64,000 nucleotides of DNA from Eledone cirrhosa (Eukaryota): the NCBI GenBank assembly GCA_964016885.1, contig OZ024740.1:558001-622000 (forward strand), read 5' to 3'. The position numbers and the translations under genes were made by a program. Of this stretch, positions 47,559 to 58,060 are shown piece by piece; the stretch's first letter is position 1; each line of letters begins with the position of its first letter. Below the pieces are notes generated by a model. The model made no database searches. It was not told the origin of the DNA and saw nothing but the letters and a program-made list of their open reading frames with translations.

Positions 47559-49293
47559 ATGAGTCCTAAGAAAGTGAGTGCCAAGAACACTGGCGAGAAA
47601 AAGAAAAGGGTGATGTCTATGGATATTAAACTCGAAATCGTAGAAAAACATGAGCATGGTGTGCGTGTTATTGACTTGGCAAAGGAGTACAATCGTAGTA
47701 CTTCTACAATATGTACTATTTTGAAACAAAAGGATTCAATAAAGGCTATGACACCAGCTAAGGGTGTTAAGATAATTTCTAAGCTCCACACCTCTGTCCA
47801 TGAAGAGATGGAAAAGTTGCCGTTCGGGTGGTTGACGGAGAAGCAGCTCGCTGGAGAGACCGTAACCGAGACCATCATCTGTGAGAAGACACAAGTTATT
47901 TATGGAGATTTGGTGCGGCAGACGGCGGGATCATCCTCGGACGAGGCATCGGAAGAGTCATTCAAAGCCAGTCGGCGATGGTTTGATAATTTTAAAAAGA
48001 GGATTGGCATTCACTCCGTCGTCAGGCATGGTGAGGCTGCAAGCCCAGATTTTAAGGCAGCTGAAGAATTTACTTCATTTTTTGGTGAACTGGTAGAAGC
48101 CGAAGGATACATCCCCCAGCAAGTCTTTAACTGTGACGAGACAGCGCTATTTTGGAAAAAGATGCCAAGGAGAACGTACATAACAGCAGAGAAGAGCTTG
48201 CCAGGCCACAAACCTATGAAGGACAGGCTGACCCTTGCACTGTGTGCAAATGCGAGTGGCGATTTAAAGATTAAACTGCTGCTCATATATCACTTGAAAA
48301 ACCCCAGGGCCTTTAAGAGTCATAAGATTCTTAAAGAAAAACTGCAGGTTATGTGGAGGGCAAACCCAAAGGCATGGGTCACCAGAGAGTTTTTTGTGCA
48401 GTGGGTAAACCTGGTTTTGGGTCCTGCAGTCAAGAAGTATCTTTTAGATAATAACCTGCCCCTGAAAGCCCTACTCGTCCTTGACAATGCTCCTGCACAC
48501 CCACCAAATCTCGAGGATGACATCTTAGAAGAATTCAAGTTTATTAAGGTCTTGTACCTTCCAACCAACCAACACCACCCCTATCCTTCAGCCCATGGAC
48601 CAGCAGGTGATTTCGAATTTTAAAAAGCTCTTCACCAAGCATCTCTTCTGGCGCTGCTTTGAGGTTACGAAAAACACAAACCTCACCCTTCGAGAGTTCT
48701 GGAAAGAACATTACACTATCGTAGCCTGCCTCAAAATTATAGACATGGCCTGGTGTTATAAGGAGGACCTTAAACTCTGCATGGAAGAAGCTGTGGCCCG
48801 AGGTTGTGTCTGAAAGGGATTTCGAAGGATTCGAACCCGAAGAGTTAGTGGAGGAGGAGATCGTGTGCATCGGGGCTCCATGGGCCTGGAAGTGAACGAA
48901 GGAGACGTCAACGACCTCGCCAAAGAGCTCAATGAGGAATTGACAACGGCGGAATTAAAGGAGCTACAGGACCAGCAGCATACAGAGATTTGGCAGGAAA
49001 ATAAAGAGGGGCCAGAGTCAGAGGAGGTAGTAATCCTTTCAAGTGAAATTAAGGAAATATTGGGAATTTGGGAGAAACTTAATGATTTTATTCACAAAAA
49101 TCATCCAGAAAAAGTTGGAACAAGTAGTGCGTCGGCACTGTTTAACGACACTTGCATCACTCATTTCAGAAACATTTTAAAAGGGAGGAAGAAACAAAAC
49201 TCCTTGGACAGGTTTTTATTGAAACGCTCTCAAGGCGAGGAAAGTGTGGCCAAAAAGCCAAAAGTCAGTGCAGATGATGATGACAGTAACTGA
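47559..49293 (+). pseudogene. pogo/Tigger transposase (CENP-B-type HTH + DDE_1), at least 3 frameshifts
   Basis: MSPKK..IKLEIV, ASRRWFDNFKKR, VFNCDETALFWKKMP, LVLDNAPAHP, QPMDQQVI across ORFs 47496, 48595, 48865; CCAA duplication at ~48561. Confidence 0.93.
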
Positions 49294-50025
49294 AGTACGA
49301 AAAGAAAAAAAAAGTTTTAAAAAATAGCAATTAAGTCTAGCGATTAAGTGTAGTATAGTGTGTAAGTTAAATTTAGCAATAAAAAATAGCATTAACTGCG
49401 TAGTGAGTAAGTCAAGTTAAGAGATAGAGCGCAAAGCGAAAAACATTTACAACCTCCCTCGTCATTCTCCTCCACCACCGCCAGCTTTTTCGTCTCATCT
49501 TGAAGGAAAATACACTTAATAAATCCAGTTTATTTCTTTACATTCTCTCTTATTATATTCTTATTATTTCATTATACATTATTTGTTATTATAAAGTATA
49601 GTTTGCTTATTAAAAACACGTAACATAAATAAATTGGTGTGGTTTTGGGGGACCAGACCGGATTAATAGCATTTCAGTTAATTTCAATGGGGAAAATTGA
49701 TTTGAGATACAAGTAAATTGAATTACGAGCTCGGTCACGGAACGAATTAAACCCGTATCTCAAGGTATCACTGTATAGTAGAACATGGTTATACACCTTT
49801 ACAGCAATAATATATATACCATATATAGTAGAACATGGTTATACACCTTTACAACAATAATATATATACAATATATTGTAGAACATATATTACACTTTCA
49901 TAGCAATTGTTAGGAGCTATGCTGTTGTATTTTTATCATTCAGCAATAAAAGATTCATATTTATCTCTGCTCTATAAATTGACCCCTAGTTCTGAAAAGA
50001 TGACTTTTCATGTTTCAAAGTCAAC

Positions 50026-51148
50026 TTGTTCTCTGCAATTTACCATATATAGACCCCATCACACTGTTCTGGTAGGTCCCATCATGTTGTACTCTGCAAT
50101 TTACCATATATAGACCCCATCACACTGTTCTGGTAGGTCCCATCATGTTGTACTCTGCAATTTACCATATATATAGACCCCATCACACTGTTCTGGTAGG
50201 TCCCATCATGTTGTACTCTGCAATTTACCATATATAGACCCCATCACACTGTTCTGGTAGGTCCCATCATGTTGTACTCTGCAATTTACCATATATATAG
50301 ACCCCATCACACTGTTCTGGTACGTCCCATGTTGTACTCTGCAATTTACCATATATAGAACCCATCACACTGTTCTGGTAGGTCCCATCATGTTGTACTC
50401 TGCAATTTACCATATATAGACCCCATCACACTGTTCTGGTAGGTCCCATCATGTTGTACTCTGCAATTTACCATATATAGAACCCATCACACTGTTCTGG
50501 TAGGTCCCATCATGTTGTACTCTGCAATTTACCATATATAGACCCCATCACACTGTTCTGGTAGGTCCCATCATGTTGTACTCTGCAATTTACCATATAT
50601 AGACCCCATCACACTGTTCTGGTAGGTCCCATCATGTTGTACTCTGCAATTTACCATATATAGACCCCATCACACTGTTCTGGTAGGTCCCATCATGTTG
50701 TACTCTGCAATTTACCATATATAGAACCCATCACACTGTTCTGGTAGGTCCCATTATGTTCTCTGCAATTTACCATATATATAATGGAGGTACATGGGTT
50801 AGAGCATTGGCCTTGCAATCGAAAGGTTGTGAGTTCAATTCTCAGACCGGGTGGTGTGTTGTTTCCTTGAGCAAGACACTTTATTTCACATTGCTCCAGT
50901 TTACTCAGCTGTAGAAATGAGATGATAGGGACTGGGGTTCATATCATTCCACTGCAAAGTGGTCGTGGAGGTGCCACGGCAAAAAAGCACCCAGCACTCA
51001 CTGTAAATGAGGTTGGTGTTAGGAAGGGCATCCAGCTGTAGAAATCAAGCCAGAATCAGTTCTCGTCCCACCCTTGCAAGCAAGGAAAAGTGGACGTAAA
51101 GTGATGATGATACCCCATCACACTGTTCTGGTAGGTCCCATTATGTTC
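50026..51148. repeat. 61-bp minisatellite x13, last unit interrupted by a SINE (50785-51110)
   Basis: Unit CTCTGCAATTTACCATATATAGACCCCATCACACTGTTCTGGTAGGTCCCATCATGTTGTA; resumes at 51111. Confidence 0.95.
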
Positions 51149-51581
51149 ATGTTGACCGTAACCAATGTAGATAAGGGATAAAACAGCTGTTTAAATATAC
51201 TCTATCATTTTTAGGTCTATTTTTTCATGTTTGCAACAGTTGGATGGAGCCTGGAACTTATCCCGAACCATTCAGTGTTAAGCAACTGAGAGTACAAGGC
51301 TAAACCACAGCTACCACTGGTACTCATTTTCAGTTCAATGAACTGGAGCGAATTAAAATAAAGTGCTCTGCTCAAGGATGTGTCATCTAGTCTGGGAATT
51401 GAACCCACAACTTTGCATTGGTTTCATAATACATTCTGAGTAATTCACAAATTTCATAAATAATACTGAAATATATTATAACTAGAATTTTTTCAACACA
51501 CTGGTACATATGAGTATTGTGTGTGCATGTGTGTATGTGCATATGCATACATTTATATGCATGAGTATATAAATATAGACA

Positions 51582-53002
51582 AGCATTTGACAGTCCCCCG
51601 TTCCATTATCTGCGCCTTAGAAAACTAGGGGTTGATGAATGGCTTGTGAGAGCTATACAAGCCATATATAAAGAAACAGTCAGCAAGGTTAGAATTAACA
51701 ACGAATATAGTGAAGAATTTAGCGTAAAAGTTGGTGTTCATCAGGGCTCTGTCCTTAGCCCCCTCCTATTTATTATTGCCCTTCAGGCTATAACAGAGAA
51801 GTTCAAGACTGGCTGCCCATGGGAACTCCTATATGCAGATGATCTAACGCTCATAGCTGAATCGATGGCTGAACTAGAGAAGAAATTCCAAACATGGAAG
51901 CATGGCCTAGAATCAAAGGCCTTAAAGTTAACTTGTTTATGACTAAAGTTCTAGTATGTAGGAAGGAAAATAGGGCACAGGTCCCCTCTGGGAAATGGCC
52001 ATGCTCAGTGTGTAGGAAAGGAGTAGGCAGAAATTCCATTTTATGATGTCCCAAATGCAAAGTATGGGTGCATAAAAGATGTAGTGGGATCACAGGTAAG
52101 CTAGCTAAGAATGTAGATTTTATATGTGGCCGGTGCTTATACCACTATTAGCTGCTAAAGGTTTCTCTCTAAAAATGAAAGGCAGACTGTATGATGCCTG
52201 AATATGAACAGCTATGTTACATGGCAGTGAGACATGGGCATTGTGTGCAGAAGATCTGCGCAGACTGGAGAGGAACAAAGCATCCATGCTCCGCTGGATG
52301 TATAATAGTAATATACGTGAACAGCAAAGCATAAATGAACTAAGTGAGAAATTAGGTATAAGAGGGATCAGATTTTGTTTACTCGAGAGAAGACTACGTT
52401 GGTATGGTCACGTGATGCACATGAAAGACGACAGCTGTATAAAAAAGTGCAGGGTGATCAAAATTGACGGAAGTTACGGAGTAGGCAGACCCAGAAAAAC
52501 CTGGGACAATTTGATAAATTCCGACCTTACACACTTACACCTCTCTAAGACAATGTCACTGGACCGAGATCTTTGGCGCTATGCAGTAATACACAAAACC
52601 TGCCTTGCCTAAGTAGAAAGCAAAACCTACAGTCAGTAGGCACCTCTTAACCAAAATACACCCCCCTCCCACTACCCCCTACTCCACCCCCACCCCCATC
52701 AACACCACCCCTTTCAATGTAAAGCTACATTGGTACCACAACATCCAGTCCTAAATAAATGAGGTCGTGTAGGTGTCACGACAAAAAAACACAGTCCACA
52801 CTGTAATGTGGCCGTGTAGGTAACTCGATAAAAACCTCCCAATCCACACTGTAAACGTGGTTGGTGTTAGGAAGGGCATCCAGCCATAGAAAACCCGCCA
52901 GACAGTCCTATATGAGCAAGACAACCAATCTTGCATCAAGAGGGAAAATTCCCTTCTAAACCCATGCTAGCATGGAAGATAGAGGTTAAACGATGATGAT
53001 GA
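51582..53002 (+). mobile_element. 5'-truncated, internally deleted RTE LINE
   Basis: Frameshifted RT (QGSVLSP, YADD), PHD remnant, RRLRWYGHV, 3' tail. Confidence 0.93.
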
Positions 53003-53273
53003 GACATGCAAACACAGACACACTCACAGGCATACATTCACACAAACACAGACATACATTTACACAAGCACGCACATACTCACATACAGTGTAGCAAATG
53101 GTACACCTGCCGCTGTTTTGCTATAGTTTTTTCACCATCCCCTTCCTGCCTTTTACACATACACATTGTGTGATGGAAGTTGCTCAGATTTATATAGAGA
53201 TGTGTACACTATTGATGTCATTTTAAAAATCGCTTTCAAAAGTTCTAATTTATGTTTCTTTTATCTTTTTCAG

Positions 53274-53384
53274 ATGAAAGCAATTCCTCTAGGTTCTGGG
53301 ACATCAAGATTCGAGGTATCACTGGAGGACAAACTGGAGAAATAATGTGGGATCTAGATGCCATTAGTCATTATTTCACAGATG
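53274..53384 (+). CDS. candidate internal host-gene exon (111 nt, phase 1-1): (D)ESNSSRFWDIKIRGITGGQTGEIMWDLDAISHYFTD(G)
   Basis: Strong acceptor TTTCTTTTATCTTTTTCAG|, donor ATG|GTATAG, length divisible by 3, open frame, non-repetitive. Confidence 0.65.
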
Positions 53385-53454
53385 GTATAGTTTATATTAT
53401 TTACAATCTTGTTTTATTTTCTTTCTTTAAGCTACATTTTACCTCTTATATTTC

Positions 53455-53650
53455 ATAAGGATCTTATTCACAGATTTTAACATGTTCTGTAAGGGTCTTA
53501 TTCACAGGAGATTTATAACATGTTCTATAAGGGTTAGGGTTCTATAAGTGGCCTATTCACAGGAGATTTTAACACAGTCTATAAGTGGCTTGTTCACTGG
53601 AGATTTTAACACGTTCTATAAGGGGGTTATTTATAAGGATTTTTAACTCA
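53455..53650. repeat. degenerate ~37-40 bp tandem repeat x5
   Basis: CTTATTCACAGGAGATTTTAACATGTTCTATAAG-like units. Confidence 0.7.
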
Positions 53651-53670
53651 TTTTGGTTGACAGTACAGTT

Positions 53671-53718
53671 CTTGTCTGAAGCCCCTGTGATAAACAGGCG
53701 AAACTCCTGAGTAACAAG
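53671..53718 (+). ncRNA. type I hammerhead ribozyme-like motif with core substitutions
   Basis: CTTGT-CTGAAGC-CCCTG tgataaa CAGGC-GAAA-CTC ct GAG-TA-ACAAG: all three stems pair; A9 and G10.1 replaced by C. Confidence 0.6.
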
Positions 53719-53736
53719 ACTTACTATTTAGCCTAA

Positions 53737-54273
53737 CCCTTTACCATTTACATTACTCTATATATGCTATTATATTTTCACAGTAAAGGCTTTACCTCAC
53801 TTAATTATCTTACATAATAGCGAATCTATGAGATTTTGATATTATTTATTTTGAGAACAATATCTTAACATAAGTATGAGTGGCCGGTTACATTCAGTTT
53901 GAACAGAAAGAGGTGAGAGAATTCTGGCCAGATACGGCTGGTTTAAATGCTAAAGGGTTAATATAATAAAATGAATAATAAAACTCTATTTCAGTATTGA
54001 GTACTTTATTCTCTCAGCTGTCTACCACATTATGGATAAGTGTGTGTGTTTAACCCTTTAGCATTCACATTATTTTATGTATACTATTATATTTTCATGG
54101 TAAAGGCTTTACCGCACATAATTATCTCACATAATATCGAATCTATGAGATTTTGAAAGTATTTATTTTGAGAACAATACCTTAACATCAGTTTGAGCGA
54201 CCAGTTACTGCCAGTTTCAACAGAAAGAGGTAGAGAATTCTGGCCGGTTTTGGCCGGTTTGAATACTAAAGGG
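53737..54273. mobile_element. two piggyBac-type MITEs (53737-53957, 54054-54273)
   Basis: CCCTTTA..TAAAGGG TIRs with (C/T)TAA and TTAA flanks. Confidence 0.9.
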
Positions 54274-54302
54274 TTAAGATATAATTGTGAAGGAAATGAA
54301 AC

Positions 54303-54572
54303 AGTGTGTGGTGTATGTGTGTCTCTTTGTGTAGTGCATGTGTGTCTCTCTGTATGGTGTATGTGTGTCTCTCTGTATGGTGTATGTGTGTTTCTCTGTA
54401 TGGTGTATGTGTGTCTCTCTGTGTGGTGTATGTGTGTGTCTCTTTGTGTGGTGCATGTGTGTCTCTGTATGGTATATGTGTCTCTCTCTATGGTGTATGT
54501 GTGTCTCTCTGTGTGGTGTATGTATGTCTCTCTGTATGGTGCATGTGTGTCTCTCTGTGTGGTGTATGTCTG
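54303..54572. repeat. TG-rich ~23-bp minisatellite
   Basis: GTGTCTCTCTGTATGGTGTATGT units. Confidence 0.9.
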
Positions 54573-54852
54573 TGATACTAATTGTTTCTTTGTATCTACA
54601 TCAAGTGGGAGATGTTAGAGATTGAAGAATGTCAAGTGGTGCTTTCTTGGTTCTTCTTCTTGCTATACTTTAACATGTGAGTGGTGGTGTGTTAGTTTGT
54701 GGGGGGTGGTCAGCTTAGAGTGGTGGTGGGGGTGTTTGTAGTACTGATATTGGTGATGATGGTGGTGTTGATGGTAGTATGGTGGTGGTGGTGGACCTAG
54801 GGTACTACTTGTCTATGGTGATTATTTTATTATTGTTATGTTAAGCATAATG

Positions 54853-56015
54853 TGGACAATGATATATCATTTGAAAGTTCTGGGTGTGAACTTTCTTCTC
54901 ATATACTTTTGATTGAAGGGATCTGACACTGACATATGGTGTCAGATCCCTTCAATCACCTTCCTATTTCTACCCATTTGCAACTTTGTCCTGTAACACT
55001 AGTTCTAGTTCAATGCACTGGAACACTTTAATTTGATTTGTGTTGAAAATGATAGTCATGAAGAGAACTTTTTTTGCTTAATTTTTTGTATAAAAATCAA
55101 TGGGAGTAAGTCAGATGATGATTATGTAATATAACAGAAAATTTGATCGTTAATTTTCACTTAGAAAAGAAGAGAATTTTCTTGAAGAATTTTATAACAT
55201 AAAAAAGAAAAATTTCTCCCAAATTTAATATGGCCATTGCCAATTCTGGCCACAAGATGGCACAAAAGCACAAAGTCAATAAAAAGGGGGATACCATGGA
55301 TGTTTGATGCAACTTGTTGAAATGGTGTATTCCTGTGTGGTGAGAGCTGAAACAGAACACGAATCCCAGGCTTCAAATAATGGAGGAAATAATTGTTAAA
55401 TAAACATATTTTTATAAAAAATTGCACTAAATTGAGCTACATAAGTAGAGCCCAAAATTAGCAGGGAATTGTCCTATTGAGAATGTTGTTTATTCCCTCT
55501 TGCTGTTTTAACATGTGGAGAGCTAGGTCAGAACTTTTGGTTTTCTTTGAAAAATATTGGTCAAATTTTGCCAATAAAAATTATATTATGCAAATGAATA
55601 TTAATTTGTAGACTATTAAAGTCTGATGTGATGTTTTGGGGTTTTTTTTTCCAATTTTGAATGCAGTTGGATGATTTGTGGTGTTTACATTTTCACAAGT
55701 GGAGCTAATTGGTTTCTTTCCTTTCTCTCTCTGACTAACAATTTATTTTACAGGAATTAGTTTTCACATTTTATTTGTGTTTTAATCTAGATCTGCATGC
55801 AATTCTGAGAAATTTTCATTAGTAAGTAAATAAAATTGAATAATTTGATTGATAAATATCACTAACACTTTGTAACAGGACTGATAGTAACACTTTGGTT
55901 AACTTTTAAGCCTTGGCAATGCCCATATTGAATCCACGACTTGGCATGATTTTGATCAAAAGTATATGAGAAGAAAGTTCACATCCAGAACTTTCAAATG
56001 ATGTATAATTGTCCA
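54853..56015. mobile_element. probable non-autonomous DNA transposon (~60-bp inverted repeats, ~1.16 kb)
   Basis: TGGACAATGATATATCATTTGAAAGTTCTGG(G/A)TGTGAACTTTCTTCTCATATACTTTTGAT and its reverse complement at ~55955-56015. Confidence 0.7.
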
Positions 56016-57076
56016 TGGAAAAAATGTATTTTTACATGAAAATGATCATGCAAACTGTGCATGTCACTTCTTCAGCGGAGCTCTACAGGAACACCTATTA
56101 AATATATTGTAAAGCTCCAAACTTACAGAGAGGATTCAGTTTTATACCCTGTACCAGTGTATCAAAACCGTCTTCTTTTGTACCTACTATACCAAATATC
56201 TTGCAATTCTACTGTAATGCCACATACATGTACAGCCAGTCATACACAGACATGACAGAAACTGCTTTAAACACAGTATATTAGTTATGGGAGACAAGTT
56301 GTGGCATGGATAAGATAGATTTAGGTTTGTCTTATTAGAACACCTTGTGAGTAACACAAACCATCTGGGGTTCCCTATGGACAACACCTTCCTTAAAGTG
56401 AAGAAAAACTGTGCAGTAAGATGAAGCAGTGGGCTCCTGGTAGGGTTGGTTGTTTAACTGCAAGGAATGCCACATTCATGCCCCTACACATTCTCCCAGT
56501 TGCTACACTAACTTCATGTATCAAGCTACATTAACTTGCTACTAACATCTAGCAATGTAAGATATTTCTAATGGGGCTGCTTTCTTCTTCTTCATTTTGT
56601 GGCGGGGGGGGGGGGGGGGTATGTTGGTTATTTACTATGTCATGTTCAGATAAATAGTATTTGAAATCTAATGTTTTCTATTTACATCACCTTGGTTACA
56701 CTTCTTATCTGAGAGAACATGTATTGTATGTCAGGCGTTGTTGTTCTTCTTCAACAACTGGTCAGCTCTGATCAAACATGGTGTATCTCAGACTATATTA
56801 TATCCACTCTACCCTTTTTATAAGAAGGCAGTGTATTATTTGTTAGAGTTTTAGCTTCTATTTCTAGCTGCTTGGGATGACCACAAAGCCTCCCTTGTTG
56901 GCTTATCAATATTATTCTTTTACTGGTTAGTCATTAAATTATAGGTGTGCTGGGACACCGCTTTGATTTAGTCAAGTATATTGACTCCAGAATTTATTTT
57001 TTAAGTTTTAAACTTATTGTATGTCATATCAGACGTAAACTTAGACACGAATACACACACACACACACATATATAT

Positions 57077-58060
57077 ACCAGATAGAAAAATGCGTACAGC
57101 AAAAAAAAAGTAACATTGTTGGAATATAAACCTTTAAAAATACAGGACAAGAAACTAAAATAAAACTTTAAAAGAATAGGACAAGAAACTAAGATAAAAC
57201 TTTAAAGAATTGGACAAGAAATAAAAAATTTTACAATAATATTAGTGCAAAATTTTTATTGGTAAAAAATCGAGTTCCATATTCATAGGCTCTGGGTTCC
57301 ACATTCAGAGGTCGTCGTCAGACCGGGGGGATCATTTGATCCTGGTTTGAACACCAATTGGGCCATAACCATACCCCTATTTCATCATTCGGCGACACGC
57401 CTCATGTGTCATGCATAATGTGAATGGACCCATGGGCCCATGAGCACAGATCTTGAGCAGCAGCGGACGGTCTTGTCGTCCCGCTCATCCTTGATCTTGA
57501 CCAACCCGTCCATCTTCTCCTTGCATCTTGTCCTTGAGTTGAAGTCCGGCAGTCCAGATGAATGCGTGCCACAGCTTTCTGGTACAGGAAGGGGGAGCAG
57601 GAGGACTGGAGGGATGACGGGACAGAGGGAGGTGCCGTAGTCGGTGGTCAGTCGACATCTTGTCCCAGTCGTCTTCTCCATCTTCGTCTGGTGTTGCGGG
57701 ACCAGAAGTGCATTCTTGGAGGAGACCTGCAGCTGCACTGGTCATTCTGACGGAGCAGAACTGTTCAGCCAACCAACCCCAACCAGAACCAACCGCTCAG
57801 GGGCAACGCACAATGAGAGCATGACAATTATTATGCACTAATCAAGAAGATACTGGGGCATAGCACAGAAAACAAATAAAAAAGTTTTGCCACTAATATT
57901 ATTGTAAAATTTTTTATTTCTTGTCCAATTCTTTAAAGTTTTATCTTAGTTTCTTGTCCTATTCTTTTAAAGTTTTATTTTAGTTTCTTGTCCTGTATTT
58001 TTAAAGGTTTATATTCCAACAATATTACTTTTTTTTGCTGTACGCATTTTTCTATCTGGT
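57077..58060 (-). mobile_element. foldback element: ~170-bp near-perfect inverted arms around a ~640-bp GC-rich interior
   Basis: 57077-57248 is the reverse complement of 57891-58060; arms contain 3 subrepeats GGACAAGAAA; CTGACGA and AATAAA on minus strand next to one arm. Confidence 0.8.

Larger units (their letters stand above)
47078..49773 (+). mobile_element. Tigger/pogo-type DNA transposon, full length
   Basis: TA|CAGTGATACCTTGAGATACG ... CGTATCTCAAGGTATCACTG|TA. Confidence 0.96.
46610..49900. repeat. ~49-bp minisatellite (~5 units) split by Helitron and Tigger insertions
   Basis: GTAGAACATGGTTATACACCTTTACAGCAATAATATATATACCATATATA units at ~46617, 47030, 49778, 49828, 49878. Confidence 0.8.

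Noticed and set aside
47496-49293. Domesticated TIGD/CENP-B host gene
   Set aside because: Intact TIRs with TA TSD and multiple frameshifts indicate a decayed transposon
51240-51300. Possible exon GWSLELYPEPFSVKQLRVQ
   Set aside because: No convincing GT donor before the stop; abuts a minus-strand SINE fragment
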